Below, piece by piece: positions 9,194-18,485 of a stretch of 64,000 bases of DNA (positions are counted from its first letter, which is position 1; the number at the start of each line of letters is the position of its first letter). This DNA comes from Mariniblastus sp. (GTDB taxonomy: Bacteria; Planctomycetota; Planctomycetia; Pirellulales; Pirellulaceae): assembly GCA_022447605.1 (NCBI GenBank), contig JAKVBG010000016.1, positions 28,376 through 92,375 on the forward strand, in the 5' to 3' direction. The translations under genes and the position numbers were made by a program. The notes under the pieces were generated by a model, which saw nothing but the letters and a program-made list of their open reading frames with translations, was not told the origin of the DNA and did no database searches.

Positions 9194-9859
9194 TCAGGAA
9201 CCGTCTTCGGGGGGCCGCATTTGGCGCTCGAGCTCTTCCAGGTATTCCTTGGGAAACGGGCTTGGATCACCCGGTTCCGTGTCTTGATCCTGTTCCGGCG
9301 GAACGTCATCGGCCAGCTGCTCGCGGCGGTTGGCCCACCGTTTCCATGCGTTGATTTCATCCTCGTTGAGCAGGTCATCGACTGCGTCGACCGCATTGCC
9401 TGGTTTCGTGCTCCTCTTTTTTACCTCTTCGCCCGAAGAGGATTCAGGCAACTCGGCTGCCCGCAACTGATCGTAATACCAGGCTTCAGCATCGATAAAC
9501 TGGGCTCGCCGACGACGGGCCGCATTTTGTACCCAGTGATCCGAGGAGACGACTGTCAAACGCTGGGGATCCGTGTGCGCGCCGATCAGTTCATCGATCA
9601 ACAGGTCGGCATTGGCATATCCGACCGAGTAATGAACATCGATGCCAAACTCGTTCTGTTGTTCGACTGCTGCCGACGAGGGAACTTTCTGGGCATCGAA
9701 CACAACGGAGACCGTGTCGGCCCGCTTTCCACAATGCCGACCAATTTCCAGCAGTAGCCGCTGCCGAGCCTGGGCCAGCGAAGCGGCCGTCGCGCGCTTG
9801 CCATACAGCCCGCATCCAAAAATAACATTGTAACCGTCGATCAGGGTGGCACAGGTCAT
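9194..9859 (-). CDS. NYN/PIN-like domain protein (YacP/Rae1-like RNase) with acidic C-terminal tail
   Basis: LIDGYN, ADLLI and VVSSD motifs; likely start MTCATLIDGYN at 9859. Confidence 0.8.
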   Translation of the reverse strand: MTCATLIDGYNVIFGCGLYGKRATAASLAQARQRLLLEIGRHCGKRADTVSVVFDAQKVPSSAAVEQQNEFGIDVHYSVGYANADLLIDELIGAHTDPQRLTVVSSDHWVQNAARRRRAQFIDAEAWYYDQLRAAELPESSSGEEVKKRSTKPGNAVDAVDDLLNEDEINAWKRWANRREQLADDVPPEQDQDTEPGDPSPFPKEYLEELERQMRPPEDGS

Positions 9860-10164
9860 GGCAGGCCGTCCAGAGTTGGCAGCTCGGTTTTCTCCCGATC
9901 CTGCGCCCAGCTGGTGGTGGTCTCGAGGTAACCGCCTCGTAGCATTGAGCAAGTCAGTTTTGATTTCGTCAGAATTTTCATTGATTAGTCATCGGTCTTA
10001 GTAGTTTTTGCTGCCATTCAGGAATTTCTTCAGAACGTTGGATCCCGCCATGCGTGTGTTGCCGGGGGAAATTCTAGCGAACCGACCGGTGGGTTGCTGT
10101 TCATGGTACGTTAACTGTTTAAAATCCGAATGAGAATGACAACCGGCAATTTTTGATCGAAGAA

Positions 10165-11604
10165 ATGCAAAACAAGACACTCGCTGATATTTCCCGCACC
10201 AAGACGATTGCCACGGTCGGACCCGCCTGCGAGTCGTTGCAGGTCCTGAAAGATCTGATCGACCGGGGCGTGGACGTTTTCCGGCTTAACATGGCCCATG
10301 GAGATCGGGAGAGCCACGAAACGGCCATCGCCCGCATTCGCCAGGCGGAAGACGACCTGCAGACCTCCGTCGCGATCCTGATCGACCTGGCCGGTCCGAA
10401 AATCCGTCTCGGTCAACTGGTCGAGGACCCGCGGGTAGTTGCCAATGGTCAGACCCTGACGTTTGTCCGGGGTGCCGAACCAAACTCTGCCGATGAGTTG
10501 ACCTGTACGTATGCTGGCCTCGTCGATGAAGTTCAGCCGGGCCAGGCAATTGTCCTGGCCGATGGTCTGGTCCGCCTGCAGGTGACGGGAAAAACGGAAG
10601 ATCGAGTCGAATGTGTCGTGGTCGATGGCGGCACGTTTCGCAGTCGCCAGGGGGTCAACCTGCCGGCCACGCAGCTCAGCATTCCTGCGCTGGGAGAAAA
10701 AGACCGGGATAATGCCATCTGGGCGACGAAGCAGTCAATCGATTTTGTCAGCCTCAGTTTCGTCCGGAACGCGTCCGAGATTGAGGAGTTGAAAGCGCTG
10801 CTGCGGGAACACGATTGCCAGGCGGGCGTGATCGCCAAAATCGAAAAACGGGAGGCGCTGGACAACCTGGAAGAGATCGTCCAGGCCTGTGATGGCGTGA
10901 TGGTTGCCCGTGGTGACTTGGGTGTTGAAATCGAGATTTACAAGACACCGGTCGCCCAGAAAAGAATTATCCACACCTGCCTGTTGCATCGCAAACCGGT
11001 GATTGTTGCTACACAGATGCTGGAGAGTATGCATACGTCCAAACAGCCGACGCGTGCCGAGGTCAGTGATGTGGCCAATGCAATCCTGGATGGTGCGGAC
11101 GCCTGCATGCTGTCGGGGGAAACTGCGATTGGACAATACCCGGCCGAGGCGGTCACCATGATGCAGCAGATCATGCTGGAAACGGAGCAATTGCTGAAAC
11201 GATCCGCCTCGAAGATTTCGGGCCCCGACGATTCCCATCAGAACGACGTTGCCGAGGCCGTGATGTTCGGCGCGGCGCAAATTGCCCAGCAGCTGGAGGC
11301 CAGGATCGTCGTGATATCGAGTTCGACCGGGGAAACTGCCTTGATCAAATCGAAACAGCGCGATTTTATCCCGACCGTTTGCCTGACCCACCACCGGTCG
11401 GTGGCCCGTTTCATCTGCCTCTACTGGGGAGTGATCCCTGTTTGTACCGATCAACCCCACCCGCCAGAACAGTTCCGGGCCTTTGTCAACGAGTGGGCAA
11501 AGTCCGTCGCCATGGGCCAGATCGGGGACCCAATCGTGATGGTCACCGACAACCAGTGGATGCCCGATGTCCACGACAATATTCTGGTCGGTCGCATCTC
11601 CTGA
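10165..11604 (+). CDS. pyk: Pyruvate kinase
   Basis: TKTIATVGPA, RLNMAHG, DLAGPKIR, AKIE, GVMVARGDLGVE, ATQMLESM, MLSGETA; ORF opens at TTG 10153. Confidence 0.99.
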   Translation: MQNKTLADISRTKTIATVGPACESLQVLKDLIDRGVDVFRLNMAHGDRESHETAIARIRQAEDDLQTSVAILIDLAGPKIRLGQLVEDPRVVANGQTLTFVRGAEPNSADELTCTYAGLVDEVQPGQAIVLADGLVRLQVTGKTEDRVECVVVDGGTFRSRQGVNLPATQLSIPALGEKDRDNAIWATKQSIDFVSLSFVRNASEIEELKALLREHDCQAGVIAKIEKREALDNLEEIVQACDGVMVARGDLGVEIEIYKTPVAQKRIIHTCLLHRKPVIVATQMLESMHTSKQPTRAEVSDVANAILDGADACMLSGETAIGQYPAEAVTMMQQIMLETEQLLKRSASKISGPDDSHQNDVAEAVMFGAAQIAQQLEARIVVISSSTGETALIKSKQRDFIPTVCLTHHRSVARFICLYWGVIPVCTDQPHPPEQFRAFVNEWAKSVAMGQIGDPIVMVTDNQWMPDVHDNILVGRIS

Positions 11605-11643
11605 CTGCCGTGTAGCTATTTCGATCAGGCGCGCGACAGGCAC

Positions 11644-11670
11644 AAAAAAACCCGCCGGTGAGGGCGGGTT
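11644..11670 (-). terminator. Rho-independent terminator (U-run on the minus strand; may also stop pyk)
   Basis: Minus strand AACCCGCC-CTCACC-GGCGGGTT running into TTTTTTT. Confidence 0.85.
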
Positions 11671-11897
11671 GTTTCGTCGTGAAAAACTGGTGGGCCGAGT
11701 TCGTATTTCGGCGATCGTTGGTCACGGCATGGTGTGACGGTTCCTTAGATTCACGAGTGACGTCCCTGTCTGAAACGTTGGCCCAATCCGGAGGATGTGG
11801 TTTCTCCCGCTCGGCTTCCCGTGGCCAAATCCCGTGAGTGATCTGGCACGATTTGCCCGGGGTCCACATGCGCCGTTTCGAACGTCGTCTTGGGCAT
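11644..11897 (-). ncRNA. Candidate ~250-nt small RNA (sigma54 promoter, eight GGA motifs, own terminator)
   Basis: Bounded by a -24/-12 promoter at 11908-11923 and the terminator at 11644-11670; no convincing protein ORF; nested complementary segments. Confidence 0.55.
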
Positions 11898-11907
11898 CCC
11901 GATCTAA

Positions 11908-11923
11908 AGCACTTGCCGTGCCA
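11908..11923 (-). promoter_or_regulatory. Sigma54 (-24/-12) promoter
   Basis: Minus strand TGGCACG-GCAA-GTGCT; GG (11922-11921) and GC (11910-11909) exactly 12 nt apart; one mismatch to TGGCACG-N4-TTGCW. Confidence 0.65.
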
Positions 11924-12069
11924 AACCGTGGCAAACCGTGGCAAAACAGCTGGGCCGCCATTTTACGACGCGCGGCTCGGTGCGGTGACTCGCCTTGTCT
12001 GTACTTTTGCTAATCGATTGTAGGAATTACCGATTGACTGCTTCCGCTTGACGGGTGCTGCCCATCACT

Positions 12070-12507
12070 TCAGGTGAGGTTTTTCAGCAAGCTGGATGTG
12101 ATAGCAGCAAACACGTCCCGCTTCTCATCGAATTCCCGACTCTCTGCCTGGCAACAGACGACCAAGGTCTGTCCTGGCATCGAGATGACGCTCAGGTTGG
12201 CCGTCACGAGGAAGTCGAGGCAATAGAAAAAAGCATCGGTACCGATGCTGGGATAAACCTCGTCCAGCAGGCTGGTCGAAACCTGGAATTCGACGTCCTG
12301 ATACTGGTCGACCAATCCCTGTTTCGCGTTGTCCAAAAGTTCCGCGGCATCGACATCGGGGGGGAACACGACCAGCGTCCAAAATCCACCCTCGGGGGTT
12401 TCCAGTGAGACTTCCCCCGAAAGTGGGTCGTCTTCAAACGTGTCACTGAGTTGCCACGTCTCGGGATAGGTAAATTCGATCTGGTCTCGTTTGAAGGTGG
12501 ATGTCAT
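12070..12507 (-). CDS. Hypothetical acidic protein (possibly PsbP/Mog1-like fold)
   Basis: Protein-like ORF from MTSTFKRDQIEFTYPETWQL; the fold guess rests only on the FxYPxxW start pattern. Confidence 0.65.
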   Translation of the reverse strand: MTSTFKRDQIEFTYPETWQLSDTFEDDPLSGEVSLETPEGGFWTLVVFPPDVDAAELLDNAKQGLVDQYQDVEFQVSTSLLDEVYPSIGTDAFFYCLDFLVTANLSVISMPGQTLVVCCQAESREFDEKRDVFAAITSSLLKNLT

Positions 12508-12687
12508 GGTCTTGCTAGCAAATAGGTATTGGACGTCTGTTCCTTTATATCCGATTCCATCCGGATGAACATTGCTGGCAATTCGGATCATGAGGAATGA
12601 GTTGAGATTCCGATATAGATACAACAGGCTGTGGGTGTTATGGTTGGCCGCTGCGCTGATGACGGGTGACTCTCCGAGGAAGAAAAG

Positions 12688-13626
12688 TTGAGCCAATTGT
12701 TGAACCTGAGATTGCGAAAGCTGACCCGTGGGTCAATCTTGGTTCTGGCATTGGCCGTCGTCGCTTCTACCGGCTGCCACGCCTTTCGGCCATTCCAGCA
12801 GGTCAACAACTCATTGGCCGATGCGCGACTTTGGGAACAGGGGGGACGGGAAGCCCTTTCTCATGGAAATATTGACGAGGCAAAAAACTGCCTCCGAAGA
12901 GCGATCAACAACGCGCCGGGTGATCGACAGATTCGCGAGCAATTGGCTGATATCTGCATGGAGCGAGATGAATATCCGGAAGCGATTGCCGAGTTGACAC
13001 GAGCGGTGGATCTGGCTGAAGAGGATGCCGAATTGCGGGTCAAGTTGGGACGCGCCTACTTGAAATGCGGGAAGCTGATTCCTGCCCAACGACAGGCCGA
13101 GTTGGCCCTGGAGACTGACCGGCAGTTGGCCTCGGCCTGGGAATTGTGTGGCCAGACCCATTGGGCCAAGAAAGAATTACCGGCAGCGGTGGCTGATTTG
13201 CAACGGGCTTTGAGCATTGAGCCAAAACGGCGCGGTGTCCAGGTCCAGATTGCCTGTCTACACCGGCAAATGGGCGAATCGAAGCGCGCCCTGTCAGGTA
13301 TTGAGCAGCTGCTGAGTCAATATCCGGATGGCCAGGAGCCACAGGATGCTCTTCTCCTGCAGGGAGTTGTGTTGATCGATCTGCATCAGTACTCATCGGC
13401 CATCGAACAGTTGCAGATGGCCGTCAACCGTAGCGATGCGACCTGCGAGGCGTTTGTTCAGTTATCACGGGCCCAATTCCTGGCCGGGCAACCATCACTG
13501 GCCCGGTCCACCTTGACCCGTGGATTGGAGAGGTACCCGGCAGAAGCGAAGTTGACCGCCCTGTTGAACCAGTTGCAGGAAATCGACAGCGGCCATGTGG
13601 CGACCACCGGATCATTGAAGCGTTGA
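12688..13626 (+). CDS. Tetratricopeptide-repeat protein, probable lipoprotein
   Basis: Signal-like N-terminus ending STGC; repeated helical A/L/G TPR patterns; TTG start. Confidence 0.8.
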   Translation: MSQLLNLRLRKLTRGSILVLALAVVASTGCHAFRPFQQVNNSLADARLWEQGGREALSHGNIDEAKNCLRRAINNAPGDRQIREQLADICMERDEYPEAIAELTRAVDLAEEDAELRVKLGRAYLKCGKLIPAQRQAELALETDRQLASAWELCGQTHWAKKELPAAVADLQRALSIEPKRRGVQVQIACLHRQMGESKRALSGIEQLLSQYPDGQEPQDALLLQGVVLIDLHQYSSAIEQLQMAVNRSDATCEAFVQLSRAQFLAGQPSLARSTLTRGLERYPAEAKLTALLNQLQEIDSGHVATTGSLKR

Positions 13627-13791
13627 TTTCCCCATTGCTTTTTCCCCTCCAGGGTTCCTCGAATTTCCGGCATGCTCCTCAGCATCAGTCTGCGTTCTGC
13701 TGGAAAGTTGGCAAACTGACGACTTTTGCCACGCCCCGCCGGCCGATCGTGACCTATACCTAGGTAGACCCTTGATCCAGGAAACTGCCTA

Positions 13792-14061
13792 ATGAAAAAC
13801 GGTAATGAAAATGGTACGCCCGGCCATTGCGTACCACCTGCCTATGTTGATCGAAGAAACTCGGCTGTGCCGTTGAATTATGGGGGCCATGAACGGCGCC
13901 AGTTCCGCGACTCTCACAGCGAACTGTCTGATGAGGCAGCCGAATTGGGTCGCGCCCTGGACCACTACAAGTTGACCCACCACCGTCGCTTCATTAACCA
14001 CGAAGAAATGCTGGAGGTGATTCGCTCACTCGGTTACCAAAAGGTGCCGCCTGCCTCCTAG
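13792..14061 (+). CDS. Small hypothetical protein (DRR...ERRQF; C-terminal HRRFIxxEExLxVIxxLGY)
   Basis: Protein-like composition; pattern resembles small conserved planctomycete proteins (recollection, not searched). Confidence 0.7.
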   Translation: MKNGNENGTPGHCVPPAYVDRRNSAVPLNYGGHERRQFRDSHSELSDEAAELGRALDHYKLTHHRRFINHEEMLEVIRSLGYQKVPPAS

Positions 14062-15047
14062 CGGCGAAACGAACCGAGTGGACCTTTCAATAGAGGTTCG
14101 GTTAACTGGTCAATCGACAGGAGCCCCAGCGTTTGACCGTCTTCTCGCATGATTCGAGCAATCGTTTCACGTTTGGATTGCATGGTGAGCAAGGCCTCAC
14201 CCAGCACTTCCTTTTCAGGGATTTCCATCATCGGACGCGCTTGTTGAATGGTCTCATTGGGCTGGTTGGCCAATAGCAGATCAATCGTCCGGACGTATCC
14301 AACGATACGGTTCCGGTTGGTTTGGTAGATGGGAATGTCAGCCAGTTCGTGCTTGCGCGCGTGTCGGATTGCCACCCCATTTTCGGTTCCCATCGGGAGC
14401 GGCAACGTCTTGTTCAAAGGTGTACAGACCGAACGCACCGGGTTCGAAGCGACCAGGAAAAAATTCTGACCCAGGTGTCGCTGGGTGGGGTGCAGGATGC
14501 CCGCCTGCTGGCCTTCGACCAGAACCTCCTGCAGTTCCTGTCGAGCCAACATCAGGCGGACCTTGTCGGGTGATTTCCCCAGTGTCCGTTCCAACAGGCG
14601 CGCCAGACCCCAGAGGATCAGGGCAATCGGTGTAAACAGCAAGGTGAACAACAGGAACAGCGGCCCGCCTCTGCGGAGCAACCGGTTGGGGGCGTTGTAA
14701 AACAGGTGCTTGGGCAGCAGTTCTCCGTAGACGAACAGGAACGGGGCAAACAGGATGGGCGCCAGCATCTCGGCCAGGCCGGCATCGCTGACGTAAAGGG
14801 TTCTGGTCAACAAAACGATGGCCAGGGAAGTCAGGTAGTTGGCGACATTATTTCCCACCAGCGTCGTTGCCACGAACAGCGTTGGGTTGTTGGCAAACTT
14901 CAGAAGGTACCTGGAGACGGAATCCCCATCCAGGCCATCCATCACCAGCCTGACCCGGCTGGCCCGGTAAAAGCCGGTTTCATTGCCGCTGAAAAAAGCG
15001 CTCAGGAAAACCCCGGCCAGCAACAGAATGACGGACACCCAGATCAT
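14058..15047 (-). CDS. CNNM (DUF21) domain protein with degenerate CBS pair
   Basis: SAFFSGNETGFY, TTLVGNNVAN, VYGELLPK; ATG at 15047 overlaps the stop of the upstream paralogue (ATGA). Confidence 0.85.
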   Translation of the reverse strand: MIWVSVILLLAGVFLSAFFSGNETGFYRASRVRLVMDGLDGDSVSRYLLKFANNPTLFVATTLVGNNVANYLTSLAIVLLTRTLYVSDAGLAEMLAPILFAPFLFVYGELLPKHLFYNAPNRLLRRGGPLFLLFTLLFTPIALILWGLARLLERTLGKSPDKVRLMLARQELQEVLVEGQQAGILHPTQRHLGQNFFLVASNPVRSVCTPLNKTLPLPMGTENGVAIRHARKHELADIPIYQTNRNRIVGYVRTIDLLLANQPNETIQQARPMMEIPEKEVLGEALLTMQSKRETIARIMREDGQTLGLLSIDQLTEPLLKGPLGSFRR

Positions 15048-16315
15048 GGCTGCTCCTCTTCCGATGGGTTCAGGGTCAGCTCGACGATCATGTGTCCCCG
15101 GTGCGGGATTTCCAGGACCCGGAAGTGCAGCGGTCCCCAATCGCATTGGTCGTTGGGCGTGGCCAGGCGCTGCATACTTTCCTGGATCACACCGGCCACG
15201 GTGACACTGTGGGTGTCCGGGATCGGTACGTTCAGTTCACGGCTCAGCCGGCGCAGGCTCATCATCCCGGAGACGACCCATTTCCCCTCTTCAATCTTGT
15301 GCAACGGGTTTTGATCCAACAGTCGCTTGGTTCGACTCGGGGCGTAATTGAAAACGGTTTCCAGGACGTCTTCGATCGTCAGGATGCCAATCGTCTCGCC
15401 ATATTCGTTCAGCACGACCGTTACTTCGCGGTCACGGTGGGACATTTTTTCCAGCGCGTCCGCCACGGTAGCGGACCAGGGCAGGTACAGGACCGGTTCA
15501 GCCAAACGTTCGACGTTTTCGTCCGGTAAATCAAACAACTTGTCCAGGCGGATGGCCTTGGCAATCTCCTCGGAATCGGGCTCCGTGACCAGCAGGTAAC
15601 CACTGGCCGGGACGGATCTCAGGTCGTTTAAACTGACGGGTGGCGTGTAATTGACGAACTGGGTCCGTGGCCGCATCCATTCATCGATCCGGATCTTGGA
15701 GAGTTGGACGATGTTCTGCAGGACGGCCTGTTCCTGCTTGATTACTGTGGCATCATTGTTGCCGGTCAGCTCAATGGCCCGCTCCAGGTCGCCCGTTTCC
15801 AGATAGGACTCTTCGCTGAACGAAGGGAGCAGGATCCTCCGCGATACGAGGTTAACCCCTTGTAGCACGGGCATGACCGGGTCGAGCAATCGTACGGCGA
15901 TCGACAAGGGTAGGCTCACAAAGCGCGTGATAGAACGTGGCTTGATCACGGCCAGGCTCTTGGGCAGCATTTCACTGAAAAAGATGATGGCCAGCAGGGA
16001 AAATACGGCGAACCCGATTCCTATGCTCTGGCCCAGTTGCGGGTCACTCTCCATCCGCAGCGAAATGATGGAACTGATGGTGAAATAGGCGATATTGATC
16101 ACCAGATTCCAGAATAGGACTGCCGATAACAGCCGGTCCGGATCACTCAGCAGCTTCCAGGCAAGCTGCTCAGCCGGTGTCCCATTTTTCAGGGAGCGGC
16201 GATCACTCGGGCGCAGGTAGAACAGGGCTGCTTCACTGGCGGAAAAAAATCCCGAACAGCAGACCAGGACGAACATTCCTATAAACCATGGCAAGAGTGG
16301 CAGTAGGTTATTCAT
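15044..16315 (-). CDS. CNNM (DUF21)-CBS-CorC/HlyC protein
   Basis: SGFFSASEAALF, FSEMLPKSLA, WMRPR, VVLNEYGETIGILTIEDVLE, C-terminal TVAGVI transporter-associated domain. Confidence 0.9.
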   Translation of the reverse strand: MNNLLPLLPWFIGMFVLVCCSGFFSASEAALFYLRPSDRRSLKNGTPAEQLAWKLLSDPDRLLSAVLFWNLVINIAYFTISSIISLRMESDPQLGQSIGIGFAVFSLLAIIFFSEMLPKSLAVIKPRSITRFVSLPLSIAVRLLDPVMPVLQGVNLVSRRILLPSFSEESYLETGDLERAIELTGNNDATVIKQEQAVLQNIVQLSKIRIDEWMRPRTQFVNYTPPVSLNDLRSVPASGYLLVTEPDSEEIAKAIRLDKLFDLPDENVERLAEPVLYLPWSATVADALEKMSHRDREVTVVLNEYGETIGILTIEDVLETVFNYAPSRTKRLLDQNPLHKIEEGKWVVSGMMSLRRLSRELNVPIPDTHSVTVAGVIQESMQRLATPNDQCDWGPLHFRVLEIPHRGHMIVELTLNPSEEEQP

Positions 16316-18137
16316 TCTCGGAAATTTTTGAGCGACCCGTGGAGACCAGGAACTCGCTCAACCTTGGCATGACCATGGCGGTGGTCGTGAATCCATAGGT
16401 GAAAGCGACCACCAATATGACGGACAGGTAGTTCTCCAGCAGGAGACTCGTAATCGAGTAGAACATCGCCAGTGGTAACACCGCCGAAGCGAGTACCAGG
16501 GCGGGTGACGGTGTATTCCAGCCCAGCGCGACGTACAATCCGATTGCACCACCGACGATGCAGGCCAGGAATGGAGTCAGTTGGGCTTCTACATTTCCGG
16601 TAAAGGAAACCATCATGACCATGCAAGTGACGATTCCCAGGAACAGGAAGAAAACAGTCCCCAGACTGACGCTGATCGCCTGGCGACTTCCGCCATACGA
16701 CATCCCGCAGTGAATCCCGAGAACGGTAACAAACACATTGAGGATGAGAACGGCTAATAGGAGATAGAGCAGGTTCTCCACCGTGATCGCACCGTTGAAG
16801 GCAAGGTACAGGCACATGGCGACCGGTATCAGCACGATGTCGATGGCGACATACAAGACCCCAAACACCTTGCCGAACAGGAATTCCTTGGGCGAAATAT
16901 CGGTGACCCGCAGCAAGTCGAGAGCACGGCCATCCCGTTCATTCGTGATCGATGTGACGGCTAATGCATTGACCATCACCAGGCTGACCAGCAGGAACGG
17001 GGCAAACGGGCGGGCGATGATCGGGATCGATACGGACGCATCGGCTGTCGCGCGGGTCGCTTCACCCATCAGGGAATAGAGGGCAACAAAGACCATCGCG
17101 GCCATCGCCCAGTAGGCGATTCGGATGAACAGGATTTTTCGTCCGTACGCCCAGGTGCACATTTCCCTCCACAGGATCGGGTTGTCCCAGACACGGCGGC
17201 TTTTCTGGTTGACCTTTCGCGACCGGTCATCGACATGGTGACTTGTGCCAGTTTGGGCGACTGGATTCCCCTCTTCGTCCAGTTTTACTTGTCCGGTAAA
17301 CAGGTCGACGTCACCGGAATATTCTTCTTGTTGCCCGGGACGCACCTCCCGGTTGGGGTTCCATTTGCGGACCCGGAAGACCGACAAACTGCAAAGCGAG
17401 ATGGTTAGGGCCGTGGCGAACAGAAGGTAGGGGACCACTTCGCTGGACCAGTTGGAGGCGACCGACGGGCTGCTGGCAGCCAGGATCGCCGAGATGGGGC
17501 TCATGGCCGACGATACCCATTCCGGATCCAAGCCCAAAATCGGTTGCTTGACCAGTCCGATTCCGGCCGCCAGGCCAATCCAAAAAACGATTGCCAGGGC
17601 AACCAGGGCCAAGGTCTGGAATGTTTTTTCTCGCCAGAGGGCAACCGTGGCACCAATGGATCCGGCAGTCAGGGCGGTGCTGAAAGTGACCGCGACGGTC
17701 CAGGCAACCTGGTCAAAGGAAGTCCCCCCAAACAGGACAATCAACATCAGGATCGGGATGCTGGTCATCAACATGACGCCATTGTTGAGGAGGCTGGAAA
17801 ACAGTTTTCCCAACACCAGTTCACTATTGGTCAGGCGACTCATCAGTAGCAAGATCAAGGTCTGCCTGTCTTTTTCCACCGCGATACTGCTGGCCGACTG
17901 AATGGCTGAGAGGAACAGGATGATGGCCAACTGAAGCGGGGCCAGGATCTGGAACAGGATGGCGCCAAAACGAGCCATGTCTCCAACATTTCGGATGACC
18001 TGAGTGCCTGCCAGGATCATCCAGGCGGTGCAGATCAACAGCAGCAGGGCCAAACCGTAGACGGTTCGCATCAAGTAATGCCGGGTCCGTCTCGGTGCGA
18101 CAACGGCTTCTCGAGAAAATACTGGACCGACCAACAA
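16308..18137 (-). CDS. ABC-2 type permease with internally duplicated membrane domain
   Basis: Two copies of the SIxxE(K/R)D.(T/A)L.LL...(L/I)...E...GK motif; many TM helices; TTG start. Confidence 0.85.
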   Translation of the reverse strand: MLVGPVFSREAVVAPRRTRHYLMRTVYGLALLLLICTAWMILAGTQVIRNVGDMARFGAILFQILAPLQLAIILFLSAIQSASSIAVEKDRQTLILLLMSRLTNSELVLGKLFSSLLNNGVMLMTSIPILMLIVLFGGTSFDQVAWTVAVTFSTALTAGSIGATVALWREKTFQTLALVALAIVFWIGLAAGIGLVKQPILGLDPEWVSSAMSPISAILAASSPSVASNWSSEVVPYLLFATALTISLCSLSVFRVRKWNPNREVRPGQQEEYSGDVDLFTGQVKLDEEGNPVAQTGTSHHVDDRSRKVNQKSRRVWDNPILWREMCTWAYGRKILFIRIAYWAMAAMVFVALYSLMGEATRATADASVSIPIIARPFAPFLLVSLVMVNALAVTSITNERDGRALDLLRVTDISPKEFLFGKVFGVLYVAIDIVLIPVAMCLYLAFNGAITVENLLYLLLAVLILNVFVTVLGIHCGMSYGGSRQAISVSLGTVFFLFLGIVTCMVMMVSFTGNVEAQLTPFLACIVGGAIGLYVALGWNTPSPALVLASAVLPLAMFYSITSLLLENYLSVILVVAFTYGFTTTAMVMPRLSEFLVSTGRSKISENE

Positions 18138-18485
18138 GGGAAATGCACGCTCCGGGATGTGGCGCGCGGCACGCCACGACCGCCTAAAATGACTCGCAAC
18201 AGGGAATCTGAAAATGATGACTGTTAAACCCGTTTATGGCAAGGCTTTGTTGCCGGGCCGAACTTCGGGGTTCACTTTGACAGGTCGGGTTGCCTGGGCC
18301 TGTTGGCGAGAGAGCCCAAAATCCGCGGTTTTTTTGCTACGAAGCCGTTTCAGGCCTCGATCAGGGCTAAATTCGGGCCTTTTTCGCTGCCGGGAGCAAA
18401 ATTCGGCAATAAACAGTCCCGGCAGCGTATTAAAAAAGCGTCGCTGGGACGATATTTGTCCGACTTGTGGCACCAATGAAGGTAG

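Noticed and set aside
11686-11712. tRNA/tmRNA-like 3' end (…CTCGGCCCACCA) in the candidate sRNA
   Set aside because: No TTCGA T-loop, no matching 5' acceptor strand and no tmRNA tag ORF; RNase P and SRP core motifs are also absent.
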